Shown here in pieces: positions 29,222-38,836 of a stretch of DNA of 64,000 nucleotides (its first letter is position 1; every line of letters begins with the position of its first letter). The position numbers and the translations under genes were made by a program. Under the pieces are notes generated by a model, which was not told the DNA's origin, ran no database searches, and saw nothing but the letters and a program-made list of their open reading frames with translations. The stretch is from a virus (Duplodnaviria > Heunggongvirae > Uroviricota > Caudoviricetes): IMG/VR virus record IMGVR_UViG_3300042922_001018, one strand, 5' to 3'.

Positions 29222-29935
29222 TTACTCGCGTCCTTCCCCGAGGGTTGCGGTGCGTTCGTTGAGGATGGCGCGGCGTGCAGCGTGAGCGGCGACCTGCTGG
29301 GTGAACGCACGAAGCTGCGGAGAACGCGCTTCGGTCATTCCGTTCTCGTTGAACGTCTTGTCGAGGCTGGTGAGGACGGACTCGACGTTCTGCGAGAGCG
29401 CTGCGGCGTCTGCCTGAGAGAGTTCGACCTCCTCGCCGTCTACCCACCACTCGTCGTTCAGCGGGTCGGAGGAGTCGGCGATGGCCGGACCACCGAAGCG
29501 GGTGAGCTTGCCGTTGCGGTAGTACAGCCCGCTGCCGTCACGGGTGTCGATGATGCGCACGGCGGGACCGTTGCGACGGTTCAGCAGCCCCTTCTTGTAG
29601 AAGCGCTGCTCGCGTGTCGGCTTGCCGTCTTCGGTCGTGGCGTCGTCTTCGTCCATAGCGTCGTAGTCGCCTTCCGCTGCAAGCTCCTCGGGGGTCTTCT
29701 TGTCGTGGCTTTCGCCCCACGCCTGGACGGCTTCAGGACTCGGCTTCGGACCGCTGGTGGCGCCGCAGTTCGGGCACTGGCCGATGAAGACTTCGCCGCG
29801 TTCCTGCTCCAGTTCTTCGAGAGGCTGGTTCTCGTCGAAACCGAGTTCGGGAACCTCGCCTTCCTTGTCGGAGAACTTTCCAACGCCATCACGGCGGACC
29901 TTGGACTCGTCGAACTGGTTCTGTGAGAAGCTCAT
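29222..29935 (-). CDS. Tagged protein with CxxC and MORN-variant-like (G.L.R..GPA) repeats
   Basis: Tag FDESKVRRDGVGKFSDKEGEVPEL, CPNCG, YKKGLLNRRNGPAV / YRNGKLTRFGGPAI. Confidence 0.75.
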   Translation of the reverse strand: MSFSQNQFDESKVRRDGVGKFSDKEGEVPELGFDENQPLEELEQERGEVFIGQCPNCGATSGPKPSPEAVQAWGESHDKKTPEELAAEGDYDAMDEDDATTEDGKPTREQRFYKKGLLNRRNGPAVRIIDTRDGSGLYYRNGKLTRFGGPAIADSSDPLNDEWWVDGEEVELSQADAAALSQNVESVLTSLDKTFNENGMTEARSPQLRAFTQQVAAHAARRAILNERTATLGEGRE

Positions 29936-29977
29936 GATTGTGATTCTACCGTTCCTGTTTGGGCGTGGTGAGCGTGG

Positions 29978-30775
29978 TTACTTGTCGAGTTCGGCAGAGC
30001 GTTCCATCGCCTGCTCGAAGAGGATTCTGCGCTGAAACGGGTCCAGCGGGGTCTCATCGGTGAGAGCAGCGAACTGCTCCGTGATTTCGCTCCGGTTTCC
30101 GCTCTCGCGGAAGGCGTTGCTGTCAGGAAGGCGACTGTATTCTGCGCGCTCACCTTCAGCCCGTAGTTCACGGCTGCGGCGCGCTGCCATGATGGTCGCA
30201 GCCTTCAGGTAGAGCGCTCGCTGGTCAGGTTCGAGCGGCCCTGTCGCCTGCTCACGGATGAGGTTCTTGTACGTCACGTCAACGTCGCGTAGCTCCGACA
30301 CGCGTGCGAAACGTTCGCCGGTCTCGTCCATGTAGTCCGCGGCGCCGTAAGTCCCGTACATCATCCGCGTCTCGAAGTTCGCCGCCTCACGTCGGCGGCG
30401 CTCGGCGTAGTTCAGGTGCGGAAGCCCCAGCGCATCATCGGCGCCTTCGACAGCCATCTGGACAACCTGCGACTCAGGGTCCATGGGCTTGTGGTTCAAG
30501 AAGACGCGGGTGGGGCGTCCTTCACCGTCGATGTCTGCGCTGTACTTCACGGTGCCGTCGTCCTCGATGAACTCTACGAAGCTGTCTCGTCCGGCAGCGA
30601 CCGGCTCGTGGACCGTGTAGTTCGCAACGCCCCACGCCTGGGCGATACCGGCCGCAGCAATGTGTGCGGGCGTCTGTACTTCTGCGGTGTCGAGTGCGAC
30701 CTCCGGCTGCGCGCCGGTCTTCTCGGAGAACTTGCCGGAGGTGTCACGGCGCACCTGTGCTTCGTCGAATGACAT
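29978..30775 (-). CDS. Tagged hypothetical protein
   Basis: MSFDEAQVRRDTSGKFSEKTGAQPEVAL. Post-tag domain resembles that of 32296-33321. Confidence 0.8.
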   Translation of the reverse strand: MSFDEAQVRRDTSGKFSEKTGAQPEVALDTAEVQTPAHIAAAGIAQAWGVANYTVHEPVAAGRDSFVEFIEDDGTVKYSADIDGEGRPTRVFLNHKPMDPESQVVQMAVEGADDALGLPHLNYAERRRREAANFETRMMYGTYGAADYMDETGERFARVSELRDVDVTYKNLIREQATGPLEPDQRALYLKAATIMAARRSRELRAEGERAEYSRLPDSNAFRESGNRSEITEQFAALTDETPLDPFQRRILFEQAMERSAELDK

Positions 30776-30783
30776 GGCGCGCC

Positions 30784-31299
30784 TCAGTCCTGGGTCTCGA
30801 ACGGGCGGTACGCGACTGCCCAGCCCTCTTCGTAGGTCTGACCCGTTTCCGGCTCGTCCTCGTCCGGGTATGAGGCGTAGACGGCTACGTAGTAGCCGGG
30901 GCGTTCCAGGATGTCTCCGGCCATGCGTCCGCCGAGCTGCTCGGAATCATGCATCCAGGGGCCGTCGTAGCCGTGCTGCCCGGTGTACCCGGAGAGCAGC
31001 TCCCACCCTTCGATGCTGCGGTGGTACGGGTCTACGTTGAAGCAGTCTGGGGCGTGCTTGTGCTGTACGCCGTCGTACACGTCGCCGTTGTCGCCGACTG
31101 CGATGACGTGGTCGAACTCCATCAGGTTGGACAGGTTGCCGTCTTCACGAAGGTCTGGACCGTCGTACTTCTTCCAGTCTGAGGAAACTGCGGGAAGCTC
31201 GACAGGAGTATCACCCAGGTTGACCTCTGGGGGCCAGCCGTTCTTCTCAGCGAACTTTCCGCCGTTGTCGCGTGCTACTGCCGTCTCGTCGAATGCCAT
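30784..31299 (-). CDS. Tagged hypothetical protein
   Basis: MAFDETAVARDNGGKFAEKNGWPPEVNL. Confidence 0.8.
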   Translation of the reverse strand: MAFDETAVARDNGGKFAEKNGWPPEVNLGDTPVELPAVSSDWKKYDGPDLREDGNLSNLMEFDHVIAVGDNGDVYDGVQHKHAPDCFNVDPYHRSIEGWELLSGYTGQHGYDGPWMHDSEQLGGRMAGDILERPGYYVAVYASYPDEDEPETGQTYEEGWAVAYRPFETQD

Positions 31300-31738
31300 G
31301 CTCATCTGTAGGCGGCTCCTGCTCCTTCTTCGCAGCTACTTCTGCCCGCATCCATCGCGGGACCAACCGCAGCGGCGGAAGCTTCTCAGAGACAAGCCAG
31401 ATGGCGAAAGCGAGCGGGATGAGCGCGAGTAGGAGAGCGCCGAGTACGTAGAAGAGATGGGTGTTGCCTGTCATCTCGTCCGGACCTTCCGGCCAGAGCG
31501 CTTTGTGCAGCGCGCTCGCGAGGATGAGGATGTAGAACGGTGTGATGAGGTAGATGGTCCCCAGTGGGATACCGGGGAGGCGCAGCAGTCGCTTTGGCCG
31601 AAGGACACCGAACCAGATGAGTCCAGCGAGGATTTGCAGCGCAACAACGCCCCATGTGAGCCACGGTGGCATGGCGGAGATGACTTCAGCGAGCGCTTCG
31701 AGGAAGCGCTGAGCGCGCTCGGTACGTTCCACGCTCAA
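31247..31738 (-). CDS. Membrane protein
   Basis: Three TM helices. GTG overlaps the upstream stop. Confidence 0.6.
   Translation of the reverse strand: MSVERTERAQRFLEALAEVISAMPPWLTWGVVALQILAGLIWFGVLRPKRLLRLPGIPLGTIYLITPFYILILASALHKALWPEGPDEMTGNTHLFYVLGALLLALIPLAFAIWLVSEKLPPLRLVPRWMRAEVAAKKEQEPPTDEHGIRRDGSSTRQRRKVR
31307..31315 (-). promoter_or_regulatory. CCGCCTACA element (N7 to ATG 31299)
   Basis: Exact motif. Confidence 0.8.
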
Positions 31739-32253
31739 TCCTCTTCGTCGGTGACCACCCAGACATCACGGAGATAGTCGTCCTGTTCCCCGTTGCGCTC
31801 GTAGACACCTTCCATCGCTTCAGGTACCTTCAACGCGCGGCAGTGGGCATCGAAGACGGTCACTTCGTCGATGGTGGGCGGCAGCACAGAAGTGGTGCCT
31901 TCCGCATCCGTGCGCTCGACTCCGTAGAGGTCTGCGGAGTACCCGTCGGAGCCGTTGCCTGCGACGACATGCAGTCGGGAGATGCTGGAGTCGAGTGTGC
32001 GGAACACACTGAGAATCTGGTTGCCTTCGTGGCGGACCCGTAGCGCTTCGAGCTTGTAGTACAGGATGTCGAGGCGAGCTTCTTCGCCACGGGACAGCTC
32101 CCGGCCGACTGCGAGGTCCACGAAGGACTCGAACTCGGCAATCTCCTTGGGGATGCCGCGCTTGCTTCGGAGAGCGATTTCTGGCGCGGTGCCCTCCTTC
32201 TCGGAGAACCGGCCGTCTGCTTCGCGAGGCTGCTCAGGGGTCGGGGTGCTCAT
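31735..32253 (-). CDS. Tagged hypothetical protein
   Basis: MSTPTPEQPREADGRFSEKEGTAPEIAL. TAGGAT-N7-ATG. Confidence 0.75.
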   Translation of the reverse strand: MSTPTPEQPREADGRFSEKEGTAPEIALRSKRGIPKEIAEFESFVDLAVGRELSRGEEARLDILYYKLEALRVRHEGNQILSVFRTLDSSISRLHVVAGNGSDGYSADLYGVERTDAEGTTSVLPPTIDEVTVFDAHCRALKVPEAMEGVYERNGEQDDYLRDVWVVTDEED

Positions 32254-32295
32254 GGGTGTCATCCTATCGAACACGGTCGTGCGAACCGGGCGAGG

Positions 32296-33321
32296 TCAGC
32301 GGACAGAGCGGGCGGAGCGCATGACATCGAGGACTTCCGCGATGTCATCTGCGGGCACATCACGGTACAGCCAGTTGCGGCCGTACTTGTAGTCGGTCTG
32401 CGGGTCGTTCGGGGTTTCATCGAGGCGTTCGGCGGTCGTCAGCTTGCGGCCGAGTTCTTCTTCGCGCTTCGCAATCCATGCGTCCTGGAACGGGGTACCG
32501 GCGTTCAGGCCGTTGAGGTGGTTCTTGTCCCACAGCTCGGCGACGCGGGTGGGGTCAACATCGACGGAGGCGGAACCCTTCTTGAACGGCTCTGCACCGT
32601 AGAAGTAGTCGCCGACCTGGCCGCTGCCTTCCCAGGCACCGCTCTTGCTGCGGATGTCGCCGGTCATGCTGAAGTCGTAGCGCTTGTTCACGGTGACACC
32701 GTTGATGTCGTTCGCGAGCTTGGAGACGCGTTCGAGGGAGACGGCCGCGTACAGACGCTCGCCGTTCGGTCCGGTGGCGAGGCGCATCAGGTCCGGGGTG
32801 CTGTACGACCAGTCTCCGGAGTCCTTGTCGCCGTTCATGAGCGGTCGGGGCACGAGAACGCCGTCGCGGATTGCGCGCTCTGCTTCGATTTCGATGTGGC
32901 GGTCGTTGCGCTCACGCTCGTCCTTGAATGCGCCCATACCGAGCGCTGCCTGCGCGGCGTCCTCGGCTGCGCGGAATGCCTCGCTGTCGTAGCGGACGGC
33001 TTCGCCTGCAACGTAGACGCGTGCGGGGACACCAGTTGCGTCGGGAGTGAACTTGTAGTGGATGGCGCCGTTCTCTTCCATGAGACCGATGCTGTAGCCG
33101 TCCGACTCCATGACCTTCGCGATGCCGAGAGTGCTGTTCGGGGCGAACGCCTTCGCGACCGCCTGGGCGGCGGTGATTTCGTCGTCGGTGAGGTCAGCGG
33201 TCAGTGCATCGTAACGGTCTGCAAGCGCGTCCGTGTCGAGGGACAGCTCGGGTGCGGAGCCGAGCTTCTCGGCGAACTTGCCGTCGTTCTCGCGGGGGTG
33301 GTCAGTCTCAGAGAAAGTCAT
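32296..33321 (-). CDS. Tagged hypothetical protein
   Basis: MTFSETDHPRENDGKFAEKLGSAPELSL. Confidence 0.8.
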   Translation of the reverse strand: MTFSETDHPRENDGKFAEKLGSAPELSLDTDALADRYDALTADLTDDEITAAQAVAKAFAPNSTLGIAKVMESDGYSIGLMEENGAIHYKFTPDATGVPARVYVAGEAVRYDSEAFRAAEDAAQAALGMGAFKDERERNDRHIEIEAERAIRDGVLVPRPLMNGDKDSGDWSYSTPDLMRLATGPNGERLYAAVSLERVSKLANDINGVTVNKRYDFSMTGDIRSKSGAWEGSGQVGDYFYGAEPFKKGSASVDVDPTRVAELWDKNHLNGLNAGTPFQDAWIAKREEELGRKLTTAERLDETPNDPQTDYKYGRNWLYRDVPADDIAEVLDVMRSARSVR

Positions 33322-33328
33322 GCCTCGT

Positions 33329-33337
33329 TGTAGGCGG
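33329..33337 (-). promoter_or_regulatory. CCGCCTACA element (N7 to ATG 33321)
   Basis: Exact motif. Confidence 0.8.
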
Positions 33338-33700
33338 CGTGCGGCTGTTGTCCAGCTCCGGGGAAATCGGGCGAGGAACGCGCACTTGGTATGGGCCAGG
33401 TGAAAACGCACCCGGCGTGGGGCAGATGGAGGGGAGAGGTGGAAAACGGGCATATCTCCGCCATGGGGCTTAGGGGCAATCCGTCCGTGAAAACGGGTGT
33501 GGCGTGGGGTGGCCGAGCGAGTTATTCCACTAAGCGGATTCTCTGCCCCCTGGATACCGATGAGAGGAAGATGAATGATGAGTTACGAAACAAGCCAGCT
33601 ATTGTGCGAGGTACTGGTGGTATTGCTGACCTTGGTATGGCAAGACAGAAGGCCACCACGGTACTAGACACGCGGCCGGTGACCGTGTACGCTGTTCAGC

Positions 33701-34255
33701 ATGACACACGACTTCGATACTCGTGACGAGTACATGGCAAGTCGTGCAGGGCGGTACGAGCATCGGGCTGTCCGCTACCGTGCCGCAGCGGACTTCTTCA
33801 CCAGCCTTCAGCTCGATGACACGAGCACCGTCTATGACCTTGGCGCCGGGTGGACCGAGTTCGACTACACGCTGCGCGCCGAGTACGGGTGGCGCGGTCG
33901 CTACATCCCGGTGGATGCGGGCATCGCCGAAGTGGACTTGAACCATTGGGTGCCGGAGCGGCCGGTCGAGTTCACCGCGGCGCTCGAAATCATCGAGCAC
34001 CTGTACGACCCGATGCGTCTGGTCCGCGCGATGCAGAAGGTCACGACCCGTGGTATTGCGGTCAGCGTGCCGAACCCGCGGACGGTGGATGTGCTGGCCA
34101 TCGACGAGACCCATGTCGCCATCATCACGCCGGAGATGCTGGAAGCTGAAGGATTCCAGGTCGAGGAGCGGACGTTCTACGGCGGGGTCTACTCGAACGG
34201 TGAACCCGACGCGCTGTTCGCTACTTGGACGGCTCAGCCGCCCGCGCGAATGTAA
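33701..34255 (+). CDS. Class I SAM-dependent methyltransferase-like protein
   Basis: VYDLGAG motif I, YIPVD, LEIIEHL, VSVPN. Confidence 0.75.
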   Translation: MTHDFDTRDEYMASRAGRYEHRAVRYRAAADFFTSLQLDDTSTVYDLGAGWTEFDYTLRAEYGWRGRYIPVDAGIAEVDLNHWVPERPVEFTAALEIIEHLYDPMRLVRAMQKVTTRGIAVSVPNPRTVDVLAIDETHVAIITPEMLEAEGFQVEERTFYGGVYSNGEPDALFATWTAQPPARM

Positions 34256-35052
34256 CCACGGCTGAGGTCGAGAGCGCGTTCGTTCGCGAAAAGGTTCCCG
34301 ACGATGGGGTCGCGCTTGATGCCCTCGCGGGCGAGGGCGACCCGCTCTGCAAGGGTGTACTCAGTCCCCGTGTTCTGGACTACCGCCTTCGCGATAGCGA
34401 GGTCTGTCGAGCTGAGCCGGTCGCTCTCATCCAGGACATCGTCTGGGACAAGCGTCTCGACGTTCTTCATGCGAACACGGTTCGCAACCTCAGAAATCCA
34501 GGCCGAGCTGAAGTCTCGGAGAGCCTCTTCGATGGTGTACTCGTAGAGATAGTCGGGGAGTTCCATCGTCACGCTGTACGTGATTGAGGACGCGTCCACG
34601 TACTCAATGCGGTAGCGTTTCTGCTCGTCGGCGGAGAGCGCCCAGTTGAAGAGGTTCGTGAGCGCTCGCGTGTAGGAGCCTTCGGCCGGGATGGGAAGCG
34701 GGTCCGAGTACGGGACTGTCTGTGTCGCGATAGCCTGGTTCTTCCCACCGACTCGACGGACGATGACGCTCTCCCATTCCCAGTCGGCGACCTGAGCGGT
34801 GTACTCCGTGTCATCCTTCAACACGTATACGGGCATGACGCTCTCGTCTGCGCGCATACCACTGCGGCGATGACGTGCGACGTACGCGCTCATGTCTTCA
34901 GAGCTAGTGGTCTCGGGAAGTGAGAACAGCCGGATGGCGCCTTCAAGCGAGACGACGCGCGGGCCGTCTACGGTGTCCAGGTGGTAAAGGGTCTTCGATT
35001 CGAGTGGCTGAGTTTCCAGCGCCTCGCGCTGTGCCTGCTCGGACTCGGTCAT
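34234..35052 (-). CDS. Hypothetical protein
   Basis: Long ORF. TAAGCT-N7-ATG. Confidence 0.65.
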   Translation of the reverse strand: MTESEQAQREALETQPLESKTLYHLDTVDGPRVVSLEGAIRLFSLPETTSSEDMSAYVARHRRSGMRADESVMPVYVLKDDTEYTAQVADWEWESVIVRRVGGKNQAIATQTVPYSDPLPIPAEGSYTRALTNLFNWALSADEQKRYRIEYVDASSITYSVTMELPDYLYEYTIEEALRDFSSAWISEVANRVRMKNVETLVPDDVLDESDRLSSTDLAIAKAVVQNTGTEYTLAERVALAREGIKRDPIVGNLFANERALDLSRGYIRAGG

Positions 35053-35057
35053 GCGAA

Positions 35058-35402
35058 CTAGCTTACCGGAGAAGGAGCGGGAACCTGATTGCTTGCCGCT
35101 CCGGGATGACGCCAGATTGTCCGTGCGATTCGCGTCGTATCGTCACTCACCGCGACCCATGTGCGTCCTGCGAAATCGGTGAACTCTTCGCCACGGCTAC
35201 TGTCAAGCCAGCGGATTTCTTCAGGCTCGTATGTGTCCACTACGCCATACAGGAATCTGCCTAGGTCGAAGCCTGGACCCTTCGGGACTTCCAGGAGAAG
35301 ACCATGCCCGCTCAGGATGACCTGGCCACGGGCACCGCGCGGGACGGGTCTGTCCAGGTCGCGCGGGTGGACGAGTCGAAAGCGTAGGACAGCGTCAGTC
35401 AT
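35058..35402 (-). CDS. Hypothetical protein
   Basis: ORF in a tight minus-strand cluster. Confidence 0.5.
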   Translation of the reverse strand: MTDAVLRFRLVHPRDLDRPVPRGARGQVILSGHGLLLEVPKGPGFDLGRFLYGVVDTYEPEEIRWLDSSRGEEFTDFAGRTWVAVSDDTTRIARTIWRHPGAASNQVPAPSPVS

Positions 35403-35784
35403 GTGGATAGCTTACCGAGTCCGGACCTGGAGGATGCTCAGACCCGGACACCAGAACGAGCAGCGCGAGTTGCCCGATGAGAGGAACGGTGGCTAGCAGC
35501 GTTAGCCATGGGGAACGCCCGGCACCTCGGAGCCGTCGTGCGGTCAAGGAGATGAGAGGGAGCTGGAGCAGTACGATGACGACGAAGGCGAGTTCGAACG
35601 GCGCCATGCTGAGAAGGAAGAAGCCCACTCGGTCCTCGTAGAAAGAAGCGAGAACGAAGACGGCTATGGCGATGGGCACGCTGAGGAGCGTGATGCTGAT
35701 GAGGTACGTGTAGAACTCGGCACGGCTCGTAACGCCTCTGAACTCGAAGAGGTTCAGCCAGGGCGTAAAGAAGTGCCGGAGCAT
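35395..35784 (-). CDS. DUF805-family membrane protein
   Basis: F.G..SRAEF, ISLTARRLR.AGRSPW, PLIG motifs. Confidence 0.8.
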   Translation of the reverse strand: MLRHFFTPWLNLFEFRGVTSRAEFYTYLISITLLSVPIAIAVFVLASFYEDRVGFFLLSMAPFELAFVVIVLLQLPLISLTARRLRGAGRSPWLTLLATVPLIGQLALLVLVSGSEHPPGPDSVSYPHD

Positions 35785-35866
35785 CGAGAGCGCCTTTCTC
35801 GTCGCGTCCTAGGGTACCAGAAACCCTAGTCCGGATTGCGAATGAACGCACGGTAAACTCTGGTAC

Positions 35867-36664
35867 GTGAGTGAACTGGAACCAGACGCCCCGTCACCCC
35901 TCTCTGAAATGGTGACGCTCCGTAAGAGCGACTGGGACGAATACAAAGAGTACGTTGCGGGCCTTGAACTGGAGGTCCAGAACAGCCGTATGCGTATCCA
36001 GGCGTACGAGACGACGGAGCGCGAGGAACAGGAGAGGAAGAAACTCGCTCCGGCCTGGGTGAAGGCAGCTCCAGCCCGGAAGCGGAAGTGGAAGTTCCCT
36101 TGGGAGGTCATGGGTATCCTGGCCGTCAACATTCTGCTCTTCGTAGCGAACGTCTACATGCTGTCGCAGACGGTGCCTCTCGTTCCTCACGGTCTCGTCA
36201 TCGTGGGCGTGCTCGTATTCGGCCTCATTGCTCTCATCGTCATCACGCGGGGAACGTTCACGAAGTCGGTGATTCCGGGGACCGTCATGACGCTTCTCCT
36301 CATCGTGGCCACGGTCGTCACTCAGGGCTTGTACGACGGGAAGATTTCTGCCGACCCAGACGAGTACGTTGTTCAGGTGACTACCCCGAAGGGCGGTCTT
36401 CCTCCGTACACGTTGACGATTCTGGATGAGACGGGGACTGAGAAGCAGCGCGTGGAGCATACAGGTATCGAAGCGTACTACCGGGTGCTACCGAGTGAGG
36501 TGGAGCCGCAGGACACTATCGTGATTCAGACGAGCGCACCTGACTCGACATGCTCCGTCCAGCTTGATGGGAAGAAGCTGCTCGAAGCCGCGTACACGGC
36601 TCCTGGACCGCTGGAATGCCGCTACACGGTCCTGGAAGCGGCTCCTGCTACTCCGACGCCGTAA
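35867..36664 (+). CDS. Membrane protein
   Basis: Coiled coil, three TM helices, beta-rich C-terminal domain. Confidence 0.7.
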   Translation: MSELEPDAPSPLSEMVTLRKSDWDEYKEYVAGLELEVQNSRMRIQAYETTEREEQERKKLAPAWVKAAPARKRKWKFPWEVMGILAVNILLFVANVYMLSQTVPLVPHGLVIVGVLVFGLIALIVITRGTFTKSVIPGTVMTLLLIVATVVTQGLYDGKISADPDEYVVQVTTPKGGLPPYTLTILDETGTEKQRVEHTGIEAYYRVLPSEVEPQDTIVIQTSAPDSTCSVQLDGKKLLEAAYTAPGPLECRYTVLEAAPATPTP

Positions 36665-37114
36665 TCAGCGCGTGCACGCCTCCACGAGGCGCACAGCGAC
36701 CTCCTGAGCATCTTCATCGGTGTAGGCACCCTGCCCCTGGCCGCGGATAGCGTCCTCGTAGTCGAGAACCGGCGCGAGGAGACCGTCGCCGTCAGCCCAG
36801 TTGGTCTTCAGTTCCTCCGCAGTGTGGATACCGACGATGTCCATGTAGCGCTCTTCGCCAGGGAGCTTCACGACCATGTGATTCCACCCGGTAGGGTCAT
36901 CTTCGGTAGTGACTGCTGTCAGCTCGCCGACACCGAGTTGTTCGAGAGCACGCGCCAGTCGATAGCATTCACCGGCCGTGTATGTGTCCATCTCGTACTC
37001 ATCGAAGGGCCACTCATCCGGCTCCTCGAAATGCGCGAGCGCAAGGTCGGGGGCGCTGCCGAGCTTCTCCGCGAACCTACCGTTCATGGCGCGCGGCTGC
37101 GTGCCGTCGAACAT
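36665..37114 (-). CDS. Tagged hypothetical protein
   Basis: MFDGTQPRAMNGRFAEKLGSAPDLAL. Y..GEC..LA..L...H motif. Confidence 0.75.
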   Translation of the reverse strand: MFDGTQPRAMNGRFAEKLGSAPDLALAHFEEPDEWPFDEYEMDTYTAGECYRLARALEQLGVGELTAVTTEDDPTGWNHMVVKLPGEERYMDIVGIHTAEELKTNWADGDGLLAPVLDYEDAIRGQGQGAYTDEDAQEVAVRLVEACTR

Positions 37115-37116
37115 GC

Positions 37117-38103
37117 TCAGAACCGTTCGCCGAAGCGGTAAACGCGGGCGCTCTCCTGAAGTCCGAGACCCTTGTCCGGGTCTACGAACTCACCCCACTC
37201 GCTGTTGTTGTCGATGAGGACGGTACCGTACTCGTCGAAAAGGCCTTCGTTCTCGAAGCGGGAGAGGTAGTGACTGTAGCCACCCTCCCAGCCGGAGATG
37301 TCCTCGTACCCGTCGATGAGAGGCTTGACGGTGCCGTAGTTTCGTCCGCTCCCCTCTTCGGGCAGGTCAGTCTCGACACCGACAAGGTATGGCTCACCGT
37401 TGTATGCGTCGAAGCTCACAAGGAGTCCACGAACTTCGGGGTGGTTCTCAGCGAGGTAGCTCTCGGCTTCGTATTCGAGAAGACGGTATTCGGCACGGTT
37501 CGCGGCTGTCCGCAACGCGGAGATGTCGTTCAGGGTCACACCGCTGTCGTCAAGCGATTCGACTCGAAGCTTCTCGGTGACTCGGTTCAGTTCCGAAGAG
37601 AGCGGTTCCGGGAGTTCGGCGGCGACGATGTCGAAACCTACATGGAACTGCTGCGCGCTGTCCCATGCCTTCTGGAGAGACTCTCCGCTCAGCTCTTCCG
37701 GGTGCTCAGGGTCGATAGCCACGGAGAGCGTTGCGTTGTTCTCCAGTGCCCAGTCCACCTTCGTCTGCGTGTTCCCGTTCGCGGGGAAGCCTTCAGGGAA
37801 GTTGGGGTCTCCTGCGGGTCTCGGAAGGTCTGCGCCGACGATGTTGAAGCGGTCACCGGGACGCCATCCGTCCCACCACTTCTGCAACCGGGGACCAGCC
37901 AGCTCGACGGTGCCGCTGTCCACCTCCACGCGGAGAGAGGCTCCGTTGACGTATGCCCACTCGATTTTGTCTTCGTTCCGGCCGTTCACCGGGAAGCCGA
38001 TGGGGTACTGTGGGGCGGCGAGCGAAACCTCAGCGGCGGCGCCGACCTTGTTCGTGAAGGTGCCGTCAGTGGAGCGGGGGTGTGCGGATTCAGAGAAGCT
38101 CAT
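37117..38103 (-). CDS. Tagged protein with duplicated domain
   Basis: MSFSESAHPRSTDGTFTNKVGAAAEVSL. Two GFP.NG....K..WA..N.A.L repeats. Confidence 0.8.
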   Translation of the reverse strand: MSFSESAHPRSTDGTFTNKVGAAAEVSLAAPQYPIGFPVNGRNEDKIEWAYVNGASLRVEVDSGTVELAGPRLQKWWDGWRPGDRFNIVGADLPRPAGDPNFPEGFPANGNTQTKVDWALENNATLSVAIDPEHPEELSGESLQKAWDSAQQFHVGFDIVAAELPEPLSSELNRVTEKLRVESLDDSGVTLNDISALRTAANRAEYRLLEYEAESYLAENHPEVRGLLVSFDAYNGEPYLVGVETDLPEEGSGRNYGTVKPLIDGYEDISGWEGGYSHYLSRFENEGLFDEYGTVLIDNNSEWGEFVDPDKGLGLQESARVYRFGERF

Positions 38104-38110
38104 GCCCGGA

Positions 38111-38119
38111 TGTAGGCGG
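38111..38119 (-). promoter_or_regulatory. CCGCCTACA element (N7 to ATG 38103)
   Basis: Exact motif. Confidence 0.8.
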
Positions 38120-38134
38120 TATCGGACGCTGTTC

Positions 38135-38836
38135 TCAGAAGTCGATGCGCCAGACGCCGCCGACCTTGCGTGACGCGATGTCTTCCAGGTCGGACTCCGT
38201 CTCGATGACGTGGCTGCTGTACTGCGAGAGTGACCGTTCGACCTGTTCCAGACCTTCGAAGCTTTCCGTCGGCGCCTCGTTCCAGACGAGCGGCTTCTGG
38301 CCGTCCACGGCGACGAGGGAGATGTCAGCGATGTCGCCGTTCTCCTTGGTTTCCACCTCGAACACGAGAGCGGTCGCGTCCGGGTAGACCTGGCGCGTCT
38401 GCTCCCCTAGAACGGCAGGAAGCTCCTTACGAAGCTGTTCTTGTGCGTCTCGGTACTGAGTCCAGAGAGCGTTGCTGCGCCCGAGGAAACGGTCGGATAC
38501 GGTGGTCTCGCCTTCCGGGTCGCCGGGCATGCGTACAGCGATGACTTCGACGGGTGTCGAGTCAGAGTCGAAGAACTCGCGCGCCAGGCCCAGTCCGTTC
38601 TCTGTGACCTGATGCCGACCGATGCGCAGAGTCACCTCTGCGTCTGTGCGCAACGCCCACGCGACCTGCTCGTGCACGGGACGGTCGTGTGGGAAGTCGG
38701 CGGGGAACTGTGCCCGTAGGTCCGCGATGGTCTCATCGTAGAAGCTTGGCCCGACCGACACATCCGGCGCCGTGCCGACCTTGACCGCGAACGTGCCGTC
38801 CTTCGAGCGGGGGTGGTCTTCGGGGGTGAACGACAT
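38135..38836 (-). CDS. Tagged hypothetical protein
   Basis: MSFTPEDHPRSKDGTFAVKVGTAPDVSV. TGATG-coupled. Confidence 0.8.
   Translation of the reverse strand: MSFTPEDHPRSKDGTFAVKVGTAPDVSVGPSFYDETIADLRAQFPADFPHDRPVHEQVAWALRTDAEVTLRIGRHQVTENGLGLAREFFDSDSTPVEVIAVRMPGDPEGETTVSDRFLGRSNALWTQYRDAQEQLRKELPAVLGEQTRQVYPDATALVFEVETKENGDIADISLVAVDGQKPLVWNEAPTESFEGLEQVERSLSQYSSHVIETESDLEDIASRKVGGVWRIDF

Noticed and set aside
33570-33592. Hammerhead-like TGATGAG..GAAAC
   Set aside because: The conserved C of CUGANGA is missing, and I could not find supporting stems.
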